Origin: Tubiluchus corallicola
Taxonomy: Eukaryota > Animalia > Priapulida
Length of the DNA stretch: 64,000 nucleotides
Direction: 5' to 3'
NCBI GenBank assembly: GCA_030141605.1
Contig: JAQGDQ010000132.1
Span: 1-64,000, forward strand
This document shows, in pieces, positions 41,857 to 51,954 of the stretch. Both the position numbers and the translations under genes were made by a program. Position 1 is the stretch's first letter. Each line of letters starts with the position of its first letter. The notes under the pieces are model-generated. The model was given only the letters and a program-made list of their open reading frames with translations, made no database searches and was not told where the DNA came from.

Positions 41857-44147
41857 GATCATCATCATCATCACCGTCATCATCATCATTCATTTTCAAT
41901 CAGCTCGATGTATACGTCAGTGTGATCACTGTTTAAAAAAGATTAGTACGTCAAGAAATAAAAAATAAATAAGTGACTATAGGTTAGTAACAAAGACGAA
42001 TTATAAACACATGTAATTATGATACAACATTAACAGAAGTTACATCTAGACGATGTACCCAAGTATGTTATTCAGATCGTTATTGTTCAAAAAGAAAAAC
42101 TCTATCATCCTTGCATTTTAAAATATCCATTACAGATTCTTTAATTAGATTATCATTTTCATTAATCATGTAAATTGTGCATGTAATTAGTAATTATTGT
42201 GAAATAATTTTCACATATCTAATATTGTTTAATACCATTTTTATAACTTAAATGTGTGATTATTAAAAAATTTTAATAAATATTATTCCATTGTCATTGC
42301 GTCCAGTAGGTACTTATTTTAGATATTGCTTCCCTATTACATTCCCTGTTTATATTACTGCCACCAAACAGCAGCTAGTTAATTATTGCAATTATGTAAA
42401 TCTCAACCTGTTCGTCGATTTTTCTAGTTTTTGGTGTGGAACCCGATCTTACTAGGGAGGGAGGAAGCATCCCTGTAACGCTGACATTCCAGGAAGTGAC
42501 GGGAAAGAATGTTATGCTTCTTCCTGTCGGCGCATGTGATGATGGTGCTCATTCGCAGAATGAGAAGCTTGACCTTTCCAATTACATGAATGGGGTAATG
42601 TTTTACTTGCTTATTAGAGCACCCAATCTAAACTTGTAAGGTTCTGGGTTCAAATCTAGTCTAACTGGTTCAGAATTTTTCTGCACCTTCCTTCCTTCAA
42701 TTAATTCAGCAGTCAGTTTACTTGTTGACTATACATAAACCATTGGTTTTAACTTTGGCTTACTCTAGCTCAGTGCCTAGAAAGCCTATCATTGAATTAA
42801 TGCCAGTTAATTTGATTAAATCCATATTACTGTGGATAGATGTCTCTGATTGTGTACTATTAGGAAGGGATTTCAAACCTTCTCTGCTGTGTTGAGTAGA
42901 TAGCTCAGATGGTAATGCATACATCCTGAAATTACAAGTTTCTCCGGTTGAAATCATATTGGTCCACAATTTTTTCAGTGCTTTACTCCTTGAATAAATA
43001 AGTCGTTAGTCTAATCATTAATTATACACAAGCTGCTATCTTAGTTCAGTATGTCTGTTGTTTCCAGTCGCACTGCAGAGGTCTTTATCTGGAATCATTC
43101 CGTGCAGAGTCCAGTTTGCATACATGTTGTAAGCAGAGAACTAAGTTTGCTATTTATTGATTTTATTTTGCAAAGGGACCATATCTATCGCATTTGTAGT
43201 GCCAAGTCTAATGCACACTTTCTTTAACATAACAACAAGAATACCCGAGTAGTTGTAGGGTTGCCACCCCATTATGAACCGAAGTCAGGAGTCAAGGGGT
43301 AGTGGGGTCCGGGATGGAGCCCCCGGAAATCAAGCATTTCCTTCATTTTTTTAATGTTTTATGGGGTCTTTTTCAGTAGCTAAAATCACAAAATTCAAAC
43401 TACAAAGTAGTAGAAATTCTTGATGTTAGACACCAAAAAAAACCTGAAAGTCAAATATTTACAAAAGTGCAAGCAGTGTACATCAAGTTTCTTCCCGGGG
43501 AGTTTCTTCCCAGTCAAATTTCTGCTGTTTTCTGAGATTTCTGGGATTGGTTTAACAATCAAATTATTAAGCACTTTAGGTTTTGTGAATTAAAGCTAAA
43601 GCAGAAGAATACTTGCCTTGCAGCACTTGCCGCTGTTGCAAAAATTGGCGAAAATTGTAGACAGGGTGAAATGATAAACCCTTATTAAACTTCATTTAAC
43701 AAGTTTACTGTTGCCTTAGTTAACAGAAATTCATGTGTTTTTAGCTTAATCTTTTGCAAAAGTTTCAATAACATGCAAGTTGTATTTTCATTTTGTTTCC
43801 ACTTAAAATTCAATGTGATGGTCAAAATCAAGAAATCTCAGAATTTTTCAAAAATCTGACCGAACTACAAACCAATGGCTGAATTTCAGGAGACTCTGGA
43901 CCAAATCAGGACTGGAGGCAGCCCTAGACTTGTAGCGTGCGCTTTGCATTCAAAATTGGGCTGCACTAGATCTAGTAAGTGAATGGATGGTCACTTTGGA
44001 TGGTTTTAGCGAAGTGTTTTGCTTTGGTGTTCTGTGATTGTAATTTTATTGATTGCTGTTTTCCAGATGAAAATGATGGCTGCTTATTTAGATGAATTAT
44101 CCCGACTGTTTGCGACGGGAGATGGGGATAATCGGACAAAGTTGTAA
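25426..44147 (+). CDS. CNDP2: Cytosolic non-specific dipeptidase (peptidase M20A), complete, 13 coding exons, 485 aa
   Basis: Exons 25426-25451, 27113-27236, 28480-28650, 29448-29528, 31434-31589, 37078-37151, 37569-37643, 38093-38237, 38912-39011, 39632-39803, 41541-41626, 42428-42594, 44067-44147; all GT-AG, total 1458 nt. Motifs [65 protein letters not shown]. Confidence 0.96.
26205..26385 (+). mobile_element. CR1-group LINE ORF2 3' remnant
   Basis: Translates to [10 protein letters not shown]...[33 protein letters not shown]. Confidence 0.8.
28727..29086 (+). mobile_element. tRNA-derived SINE-like repeat bounded by ~40-bp direct repeats
   Basis: A-box GTAGCTCAGCTG (28841), B-box GGATTCAAATTCC, tail AGTCCACAATTTTTCAG; direct repeats 28727-28766 and 29046-29086; close relative at ~38395-38625. 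Confidence 0.7.
29751..30487. mobile_element. hAT-like MITE
   Basis: TIR TAGGGATGTTAA(A)CGATA / TATCGTTAACATCCCTA, 8-bp TSD tgtgccaa/agtgccaa (7 of 8 match), many CGATA(C) subterminal motifs. Confidence 0.85.
32590..32834 (+). repeat. 5' LTR
   Basis: 245 bp, no difference from 36569-36813 seen by eye; AATAAA at 32758. Confidence 0.95.
33881..36343 (+). CDS. Retrotransposon Gag (SCAN-like capsid region, two CCHC knuckles)-aspartic protease-truncated integrase polyprotein, 820 aa
   Basis: [14 protein letters not shown]...LLEDFK (SCAN-like capsid), [14 protein letters not shown] and [20 protein letters not shown] protease, HELPLAGH...CHVC integrase zinc finger, IDCVGPLP core start; last ~10 aa are out-of-frame after the deletion junction. 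Confidence 0.9.
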   Translation: MATFDPEMFWKGGLVTLPRLDKLTKDNLLALADYLNIELPTSAGKAKIIEILGNPEILKTARPREGEKSVISKSPHIPVHTPTRTDRNELELAKIALERERMELEKLRLEYQDKERQRDMEYNVKMKELELLTASTNLGAQQANNQTFDVIKNIRLVPKFSETDVETFFLTFEKIANNLKWPKAHWPVLLQSSFTGKAQEIYSSLPSTQSSNYEQLKSAVLKAYELVPEAYRQRFRNSRKGSNQTYVEFARNKEVMLDRWCRSLNVGESYEKLRQMVLLEDFKSSIPMQIKTHLENQKVDSLQKASVMADDYELANKTNFKSVQCTYCNKKGHVKTDCFKFLEKEKTAHSETISSKGGRHQDNKDASGGGYARDGPTCAYCRKKGHLRSECRILLRQKQRAGSPVAFAHNSSKEDTYSSFLSSGKVSPVSSVDTIKPVTILRDTGAAQSLLLQGVIPLDETSYTNASALIQGIEGGYIDVPLHRINLNSDYVKGPVTVGIVSHIPVDGVSLLLGNDVAGDEVITATSIVTPEPKMDAETEILEEMHPGIFPACVVTRSQAQINKDSSSEQVDDKDSSPPSTFPRENQSGSMALSHTFAAQMDKNSPTLSLKQEELIKAQTNDPSLNKLFSLVMSQEEIDNVSEGYYMQSKVLMRKWRPPDAPADEDWRVHHQIVVPQRYRKELMKIAHELPLAGHTGVKKTQDKILQHFFWPKLRKDVSQFCKTCHVCQMVGKPNQKIPIAPLNPLPVFEEPFSRILIDCVGPLPKTKSGYQYLLTIMDLTTRFPEAIPLKEMTTAAVVDALLKFFTQFGYATFRDLCYL
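36306..36527 (+). pseudogene. RNase H C-terminal remnant of the retrotransposon pol
   Basis: HFEIYV...[11 protein letters not shown]...[11 protein letters not shown]...[13 protein letters not shown], in +1 frame relative to the Gag ORF. Confidence 0.88.
36569..36813 (+). repeat. 3' LTR
   Basis: Follows the PPT, matches the 5' LTR; AATAAA at 36737. Confidence 0.95.
38395..38625 (+). mobile_element. tRNA-derived SINE-like repeat, second copy
   Basis: GGTAGCTCAGCTGGCACAGCA...GGGATCAAATCCCGACTAGTCCACAATTTTTCAG with upstream leader shared with the 28.8-kb copy. Confidence 0.7.
40426..40460. repeat. (AGATA)n microsatellite
   Basis: Direct reading. Confidence 0.9.
40811..41174. mobile_element. 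hAT-like MITE, diverged copy 2 of the 11971-12369 family
   Basis: Shared internal sequence (aaaacgtttgaa...atttagctgcgattt...gcatgatctttgt) and right end GAATTCGCTTT...TGCTCACACCTA. Confidence 0.7.
41766..41890. repeat. Compound (TAT)n-(CAT)n microsatellite
   Basis: Direct reading; explains the poly-Tyr/poly-His ORF. Confidence 0.95.
43256..43926. mobile_element. hAT-like MITE
   Basis: Ends TAGGGTTGCC / GGCAGCCCTA with TCAGGA(G) subterminal motifs; TSD not clear. Confidence 0.55.
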
Positions 44148-44265
44148 TTTCATCTTCAGGCTGCATTGAACTAGAAATTTAAACTTGTTGGAAATCTAAG
44201 TCGGATAGTTTTGGATTAAATTTATGAACTGCGAATTTAAGCTATTTGTTCGTGATTTAGTAATA

Positions 44266-44881
44266 CAGTCAAACCTTGTTATACCGCCCCATTGTACCGC
44301 CAAACTCGTTTACCGCCTGCAAAATGGCCAGGAACAAAACCGCTCTATTGAACTGTTTATAAAAATAACCTGCTATATCGCCACCCATTACCGCCATCTG
44401 CCAGGCAAATTAATATATGTGTTCAATGGGGAAATACCTCCAGTAATCTCAACTCTCTCAACTAACTTGATATAAAGCTTACTGTACCAAGCTGCTAATT
44501 GTCTCGTAGACACTGGTTTGACCTCACGTGTTGTGTTTAAATATCTGAATGTAAGTCATCATGTTTTGATTGCTTGCAAGCTATACCTACATTGCATAAT
44601 TACAATTTATGCACCACTTCGTAGTTATGACTTAACCTCTTTTTACATCCAGAAATGTTTAATGGAACAGTTGGCCTGCAATCTTTCGTATATGTAGTTG
44701 AGGACATGTTTATCACGTAAACGTTTAGAACAAAAATTGAGAACTCTAATCTATGTACACTCATCTGACTCTTTTGTAATTTGTCTATGGTAAAATATAA
44801 TGCACCTCGTTATAATGCCAAACTCATTGTAACGCCAACTTTTTTTGGTCGCAAAGTGAGCAGCATAAAGAGGTTTGACTG
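44266..44881. mobile_element. Tc1/mariner-type MITE (CAGTCAAACC family)
   Basis: TIR CAGTCAAACCT / AGGTTTGACTG flanked by TA; lies 118 bp after the CNDP2 stop. Confidence 0.8.
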
Positions 44882-45228
44882 TAGTAATGTAAAACTTACA
44901 TACTATATGGGTGGAATCGAATTAAGTGAAAGGACAGTCAAATTCTGTAGTTTTGAATTTTTTGTGAAAACTGGTTTTGGGTTTTTTTGTTGTGGGAAAA
45001 AGGGATAGAGGCAAAGGAGTTTCTTGTCTTTATTTTTATGGAGTCATCTGTATGTGCACATTGATTTTTTTGTAAAATTATTTTTTAATAAATTGTTTGT
45101 TAAATTTAATCAAGTTTTCTAGCTCTGTTTGATGAAATTGTTTTACCAGTAGCTATTTATCTGTAATTGCGAGCAAAAAGTGTGGACTGGAATACTCAAG
45201 CATTACTTTAGTTGTCATTTTAAGAAAC

Positions 45229-45417
45229 GGCAGCAGTGAAATTGAAAAGGACAGTCTGACTGCAAAGTCTAGACGTGGCAGCAATGAAATTGAAAAGGAT
45301 AGTCTGACTGCAAAATCTAGACGTGGCAGCAATGAAGTTGAAAAAGATCGTCTGAGTGCAAAATCTAGACGTGGCAGCAATGAAGTTGAAAAGGATAGTC
45401 TGACTGCAAAATCTAGA
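45229..45417. repeat. 48-bp minisatellite, 4 copies
   Basis: unit cgtggcagcaatgaa(a/g)ttgaaaaggatagtctgactgcaaaatctaga. Confidence 0.92.
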
Positions 45418-45947
45418 TAACTGCTGAATTATTTTCTAATAAATTTCTGCAAATGTACAGAAACTACTCAATATTCTATGATCTCATATTCCAACAACCA
45501 GTTGGTTGGCCAATTGCCACAATGTAGAATAATTCTTTTGTGACACCTAAACCAGAAATACCAACGGTTGAAAGTTTTGCTCACATGTCTCCTTTTTACA
45601 TAGACAACTCGTGAATTTTTCTGATCTCTTGCTAAATTGTTGAAATTTATTTAACTAACAAGTACACCACATACATACTACATTTTTTATACAAAATATC
45701 ATATTATAACTTCAATTTTGGCTTTGGAAATGTTATTACCTGGGCCTGTTGTCCAGTTAAACCAGTGCGTCTGATTAATACTGACTACGATGTTCTTAGT
45801 AAAGCAAGATATTTGGTAAACTCACATTGTGGTTTGATCAGAACTCGCAAATGGTTTCCCACGTTTCAACAGTTGTGGCTACTTACTTTTTTTAATTAAT
45901 TGGCCGCCTTGCTGAATCATTAACAATGCACTGAAAATGACTGAATA

Positions 45948-46118
45948 CAGTCAAATCTTATAACGCCAACCTCCCTTAACGCCCAAATTTTTAGCAAAAC
46001 AAAATGCTTGTATTTGCATAGAAATGTATGTATTAATGGATCTCGTTATAATGCCTAGCTTGCTATAACACCAACTTTTTTGAAGTCACAAATCAGGAGG
46101 TATAAAGAGTTTTGACTT
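45948..46118. mobile_element. Short degenerate Tc1/mariner-type MITE (CAGTCAAA family)
   Basis: TA-CAGTCAAATC...GAGTTTTGACTT-TA; internal ctcgttataatgcc shared with 44266-44881. Confidence 0.6.
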
Positions 46119-46311
46119 TAGTCTTTAATTGAAGTACATACCCATATACTGGTATGTACATACCATACATACCAGTAATAAAACCAAGTATTATTTACCA
46201 ACATATGCTACACAAGTTTTAGCTTCTTACAGTTAAAGGCAATTAATGAATTTTTAGGTGCTTGAATGCTTGTTGTTTTTACAAATACGAACAATATTTT
46301 TTGTTCTAACA

Positions 46312-46317
46312 TTTATT
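46312..46317 (-). terminator. Probable polyadenylation signal of PEPCK
   Basis: AATAAA on the minus strand ~455 nt past the PEPCK stop. Confidence 0.4.
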
Positions 46318-46772
46318 CACCAACAGAAGCTTGGCATAGTATAAAAATTCATTACAATGTTGTGTAAAAATGTGCGCTTCATTTTTTAAACTCTCCATAT
46401 TTACAAATGACTTGAATGTGCAAAGCGCTTATTTACATGATAACTGTTTGTACTTTCGTAGTCACTTGTACAAACAACATTATGCGCCAACTATAAATAT
46501 TAACAAAATTTAAATACAACACAAACGACATTTGTGAGGTTCAGTGATGAGTATACACATTTCACAAGCAGACGTAACAACAATACTCAGTCTAACCGAT
46601 TACACTGGACAATTAATAGCTTAAGAGAACTGTTTTTATCACTCAAATGTGCTTCACATAATTGTCAACAACGATAACAACTATTCTAGGTGAATTGCAA
46701 GTGAGGATACGAAACATACTGGTGAGACATGTGAAACATCCATTCCTATTACAGATAAAATATCTAAACCTT

Positions 46773-49535
46773 TTACATACTGTGTATTCTCTCTCTTAAC
46801 ATATTTAACTGATTTGAGATCTCAGTTGGAAGATCATCTCCCACCTGATTGTCGAAATAACTTTGCAACTCTTCCACTTCTTCCAACCAGAAGTCCTTCG
46901 GCAGAGAGAAAAGTTTCTGAAGATCAACATTAGCTTGTAACCCACTCAGGTTGAGGGCGTTGTTAGTCGGAATGTAACCCACAGCTGACGTGACAGCAGA
47001 ATCTTCGCCGTCGCACCTCCTGAACACCCAGTCCAGCACTCGCGAGTTTTCTCCAAAGCCAGGCCACATGAATTTGCCATCCTCATTCTTTCTAAACCAG
47101 TTAACATGGAATATCCGTGGAACTTGTCCGCGTTTTTCCATGGATAGCCAGTGTTTTAAATACTGTCCAAAATTGTACCCAAAAAATGGCCTCATAGCAA
47201 ATGGGTCATGCATGATTACTTTGCCACGATGCTCAGCAGCGGCAGTAGCCTCTGATTTTACTGCAGCACCAATGAAAACACCGTGTTCCCATGAAAATGA
47301 TTCATAAACAAGTGGAACTCCTTGTGGACGTCGTCCTCCAAAGATTATTGCATCAATGGGAACACCTTCAGGATCTTCCCATTGTTCATCGATGATTGGG
47401 CATTGTGATGCTGGTGTGCAGAATCTGGAGTTAGGATGTGCAGCAGTTGATCCTGTCTCTTTTGTCCATGGCTGACCGTGCCAGTCTGTGATTGTTACAT
47501 CTTTGTCACCCTCTTTTTCCAAGCCCTCCCAATAAACACCACCATCACTTGTCTCGGCAACGTTGGTAAAAACCGTATTCTTAAGGCAAGTCTCCATTGC
47601 ATTTGGATTAGTGGCATTACTTGTACCAGGAGCTACTCCAAAAAATCCAGCCTCTGGGTTGATTGCTCTGAGTTGGCCTTCAGCGTCAAATTTCATCCAA
47701 GCAATATCATCACCTACACATTCAATTTTGTACCCAGGCAAAGTTGGGTTCATCATAGCCAAGTTTGTCTTGCCACATGCACTGGGAAAAGCTGCAGCAA
47801 TGTAACGTTTGACCCCTTTGGGATTGGTAATGCCAAGGATCAGCATGTGTTCTGCCAGCCAGCCTTCATCTCTACCAATGATTGATCCCAACCGCAATGC
47901 AAAGCATTTCTTGCCCAACAAAGAATTGCCTCCATAGCCACTTCCAAATGAGACAATTTCATTGTTTGCCGGTATGTGGGTAACAATGGTCTTTTGTGGG
48001 TTGCACGGCCAGTTATTTACAGGTGGTTTTTCCATGGGAAGAGGTTGTCCAACAGAATGAAGACATTTGATAAAGTCACCATTGCCCAAAGCTTCTAGAA
48101 CCGAGTCACCCATTCTGGTCATAATTCTCATTGATACTACCACATACGGGGAATCAGTCAGCTCTATGCCAATCTTTGACAAAGGTGATCCTACTGGGCC
48201 CATGCTGAATGGTATTACATACATTGTGCGACCGCGCATGCATCCAGGGAAACGTTCCTGAACGGCTGCTTCGTAGTCGCTCGGACTTAGCCATTTTCCG
48301 AGAGATCCTGTTACTCCTGGACGAGTGATCGGGATACTGTCACGTTTGTTGGGAGTCACGATAAATGTCTTGCTTTCGACCCTGGCAACGTCGGCGGGAT
48401 CAGTCTTTGCCAACCAGCTGCAATACAAAAACAACATAAATCCTAACTAACAGTCCATATTAAACTTGAACACCCTTCATAATAACAGAAGGCAATACTC
48501 GGTAGTGCACTTCTACTGTCATTATGTTTGCGAACTCTACTTCTTAATGCAGTTAGAATAGAGTGGCAGACTGAGAGTGAGACCATAAGGTTTTGTGTTT
48601 CAATCCTGGGCGACTTGAATTTGTCAGTACTGTCCTCTTAATAATAAGGGCCTAGCTTAATAATTAATTTCCATTTAATTTGGGTAGGTGGTACTGACTG
48701 ATTGCGTGGTGCCTGGATTCAGAACTACCTTAGCCACGAGTGTTCATAGCTCAAATGAAGAGAGCATTTACAGCAAGGTTCTATGTTCGAATCCTGGCTC
48801 ATTTAGAATTATTCAAAGCCTTCTTCATTCTAAAATTTAACTGTTGATTATCATCTCCAAGTGTGATCATAAAAATGAAGAAGAACGATATGGCTTAACA
48901 CTTACCAATTTTCGTACTTGGGCAATTTTTTTACCATGCCCATTGTCTCCATCATGGCGAACAGCTCTGCATTTTCTTCGTCACTGCCATTACAGATGTA
49001 GATTGAATCTGGTTTGCACAGTCTTGCTTTCTCCTCCACATAGTGACGCACGTGTGGCCGAAGTGACTCCATATTGCCCTTAGCCATCACTATGTTCCAC
49101 TCCTCATGTAACTTTGAACCACTGCATAAAACAAAATGTGATAAAAATATGTAAGCAAACGTTTTGTCCAAATTTGTTTTTGCAGCCTACATCCATCAAT
49201 GTTAAAAAAACCTTTGGTGATTTTGTCTTTGCCATTCTTAGATATCTGACATTAGAATCTGCTTACATTCAGAAAAGACTCGTATTCGAGAATGTCATTG
49301 AGCTTCAACTTTTCAAATTATGAAGCAACTCAACTAACTATAAGAGCGAATTTGACCTTTCTGTTTTCAAAGTTCTTGCAATACTACAGTTTTATTAAAA
49401 ACTCGACGTGCAAAAGTAAAGAGAGCAGCAACAACCAAAAAACGAATTGTCAAAGAAAACTTACGATTTTGTTGTGTTCACTGGACGTAACATCTCACGA
49501 GGTAGATGATTGTTATGCTTCACTATTGGCGCCAT
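46773..49535 (-). CDS. Pepck: Phosphoenolpyruvate carboxykinase [GTP], complete, 3 coding exons, 643 aa
   Basis: Exons 49465-49535 ([10 protein letters not shown]..., least certain), 48906-49121 ([13 protein letters not shown]...LPKYENC), 46773-48417. Motifs [60 protein letters not shown]; phases are compatible. Confidence 0.96.
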
Positions 49536-49649
49536 CGCTTCGACAAAAGTAGACCTAGTCTCCTTTCAGATTGCTAAATAGCAGATGAATTTATCACTTT
49601 GCATTTGACAAAATCCTAAGGAGCCTTAGAAAAGTCTGCTTAGAAGCCA

Positions 49650-49715
49650 AGCGCCGCACGTGTTTTATGCATTTTCCTGTCACCTGGGCGTGGCTTTGTA
49701 GGCGGAGTGTAGTTT
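49650..49715 (-). promoter_or_regulatory. Candidate PEPCK core promoter
   Basis: GC-box-like GGGCGTGGC and AGGCGGAG, E-box CACGTG and TATA-like CATAAAA (minus strand) 120-180 bp upstream of the ATG. Confidence 0.35.
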
Positions 49716-50708
49716 TTCACCCCGCGCATGTGTAATAATGATGTATGCTCGCGTACGAGTCTCGTGCTTACGGCAGTAAACAGAAAACAACAGCTAGACA
49801 GTAGACACATGTCCGTTGAAGAAAAAAGTTTCAATGTCTAGTAGAATGAGGTAGTTTTGCAAAGAACGGCAGTTGGGCGGTTATATACTACTTTCATGCA
49901 AATCCATTCTTTTGTTCTATTCTTATTATTAAAAAATTAATGTACAACCGTAGATTCAGATTCACTCGCATTCCCAGGTGGATGAAGCGCCAGCTTAACC
50001 CTTCCTTCTAAGAGAATAGAGTTCAAAGTACTATCCGCTGGATTTATAGTAAAGGCTTAACCGAACAGTATTAGCACTTTGTACATTAGTTTTAGTACCT
50101 TGCTTTACGAATAAACTGCTGCATCAAGTTATTAAGTAGTTCATATATAAAACATTAAAACAACCATTCCAGTTTATCTGCATGTCAGTTTTTCAATTTT
50201 ATCATGTATAATGTATTTAAATTGTTTTCAGTTTGAACCTTCAAAGTTAAGCTGCGAATTTTGGTATAAGCAAGCGTTAATCAATGACACGAATATCTTT
50301 AATCTACTACGTGCGTAAGTAACTGTAAACAACAGTATTTACTTGGTAAACAAACAGTTTACCTTGTCAACAAAGGCTTGTATTACAGATAGATAAATGC
50401 TACACTCTTATAATTGGGCATTGCTATAATACATAAATCTGCAAATTTCGTTAATGACATACCATAAATGTTTTACAATATAGATTACTATAATTTTATT
50501 AGAGCAACAATGTTTAATAGATAAAATATGGTATGGTAGCATTTCTGTAAATTCCGGTCAAGAAATGACGTTTCCTTTAACTAGAGTTTAAATAAAAGTA
50601 TAATCTGTTCTTTAACTATGGTAGTCAGTGATTGTAAAACCATCCAGAATATACCAGAACAATTAATCAATAATCAAGTCTCTAGCCACTGGAGAGAAAT
50701 GTGTCGTA

Positions 50709-50905
50709 CCGTAAACCTGGAGGGTCAAGGATTATAAACCAACACTGACTTTCGTCATTAATTATTTCAAAACAATTACCATTGTTAATAATTTCATGGT
50801 ACATTTATGTTCATTATTGTATGTCCATTATTATGCTGATTATAAACTTTGCCCCCAGTTTTGCTTCACGTAAACTGTGCCGGTTCAAGTAACCCCATTT
50901 TACGG
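50709..50905. mobile_element. Small Tc1/mariner-type MITE
   Basis: TA-CCGTAAA...TTTACGG-TA termini with imperfect extension. Confidence 0.5.
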
Positions 50906-51678
50906 TACCTGATTTGTTTGAAATTCAGAGCTAAAAATGGGTCACCAAATATGATCCCAATAGTAAAATAGGCCATAAGCCACTCGACTGATGGATGCCA
51001 TGACCTAGACCTTTCCTTTCATACACTTTTTACGGTTTTAGAAGAAAATGACAATAAAAATAATGAAATTTGATTAGTGAAGTCTGTATACGTATGGAGT
51101 ACGTAATGTTTTGTTAATGTTTCTATGTACTTTTTCATAGTATAAGGTGCGAATTATTAAAAAAGATTATTTATTCTGGTGGTTAGTAAGAGTATTTAAA
51201 AACTTGTCACGCATCATGTACATTTGAACAGCTTAACTAAAACACGCTGATCGAAAATTATTTAAAACTGTCATTTTCTTTTGCTGATTTTTCTCGTCAT
51301 TCGATAATCCTTTATACCTGCCATTATTCTTTTTCTTCTTGCAAATGATAACTAGAAACTGCAGAGCTAAAATTAAAGTAGTATTCCATAGAGATTCTGC
51401 TGCGATTGTATGTTCTACTTAAAAATGACAAATTTAAAACTTTTTTTACAAAACAAGAATGGCTGATATTTAGTGTGCTGACTATAGCCAACATGATATA
51501 AATCAAAGTGAGTGAACTATTGCATTGTTGATTGGCGATATTTACTTTAATAAATTCTTTTGATCAACAAATGTAATTAGACTGTCACGTTCGGTATGTC
51601 AACAATGTTTACAGAATTCTTATTGGGCAATGTCGTCACGATACCCGTTGGGTGAACTCTTCGTCTTCACACTATTAT

Positions 51679-51720
51679 TTTTGGATCCGACACGAGGTGG
51701 TAGTTATACAGTTGTTACAG

Positions 51721-51761
<41 letters not shown>

Positions 51762-51954
51762 CTATAACAAGCCACAATTTCCACCGTAGGAAACTGACAT
51801 TTTACATGAAGATAATCATTCCGCCGACCGTAATGGACTCCGATTTTCCAAAAAAACCAATTCCATCATAACGGTAAATGCTTTCCTTGTTTTTTATGGA
51901 AACCAAAACTTTATAACAAATTAACAAGTAACACATTATGCCTCTATTCTACTT
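51679..51954 (+). mobile_element. Helentron-associated element, copy 2, containing (GTT)n microsatellite 51719-51760
   Basis: TTGGATCCGACACGA start, gaccgtaatggactccgatttt and ggtaaatgctt blocks shared with 2747-3155. Confidence 0.6.

Noticed and set aside
41707-41925. Poly-Tyr/poly-His ORF
   Set aside because: Translation of an intronic (TAT)n(CAT)n microsatellite
45229-45417. CRISPR-like array
   Set aside because: Units are contiguous with no unique spacers, context is eukaryotic and there are no cas genes
46990-48261. Plus-strand ORFs overlapping PEPCK
   Set aside because: Antisense shadows of a coding exon, with no recognisable motifs
65-49535. Functional metabolic cluster (carboxylate transporter, hydrolase, dipeptidase, PEPCK)
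   Set aside because: No sequence evidence of co-regulation; adjacency may be chance and would need conserved synteny to support
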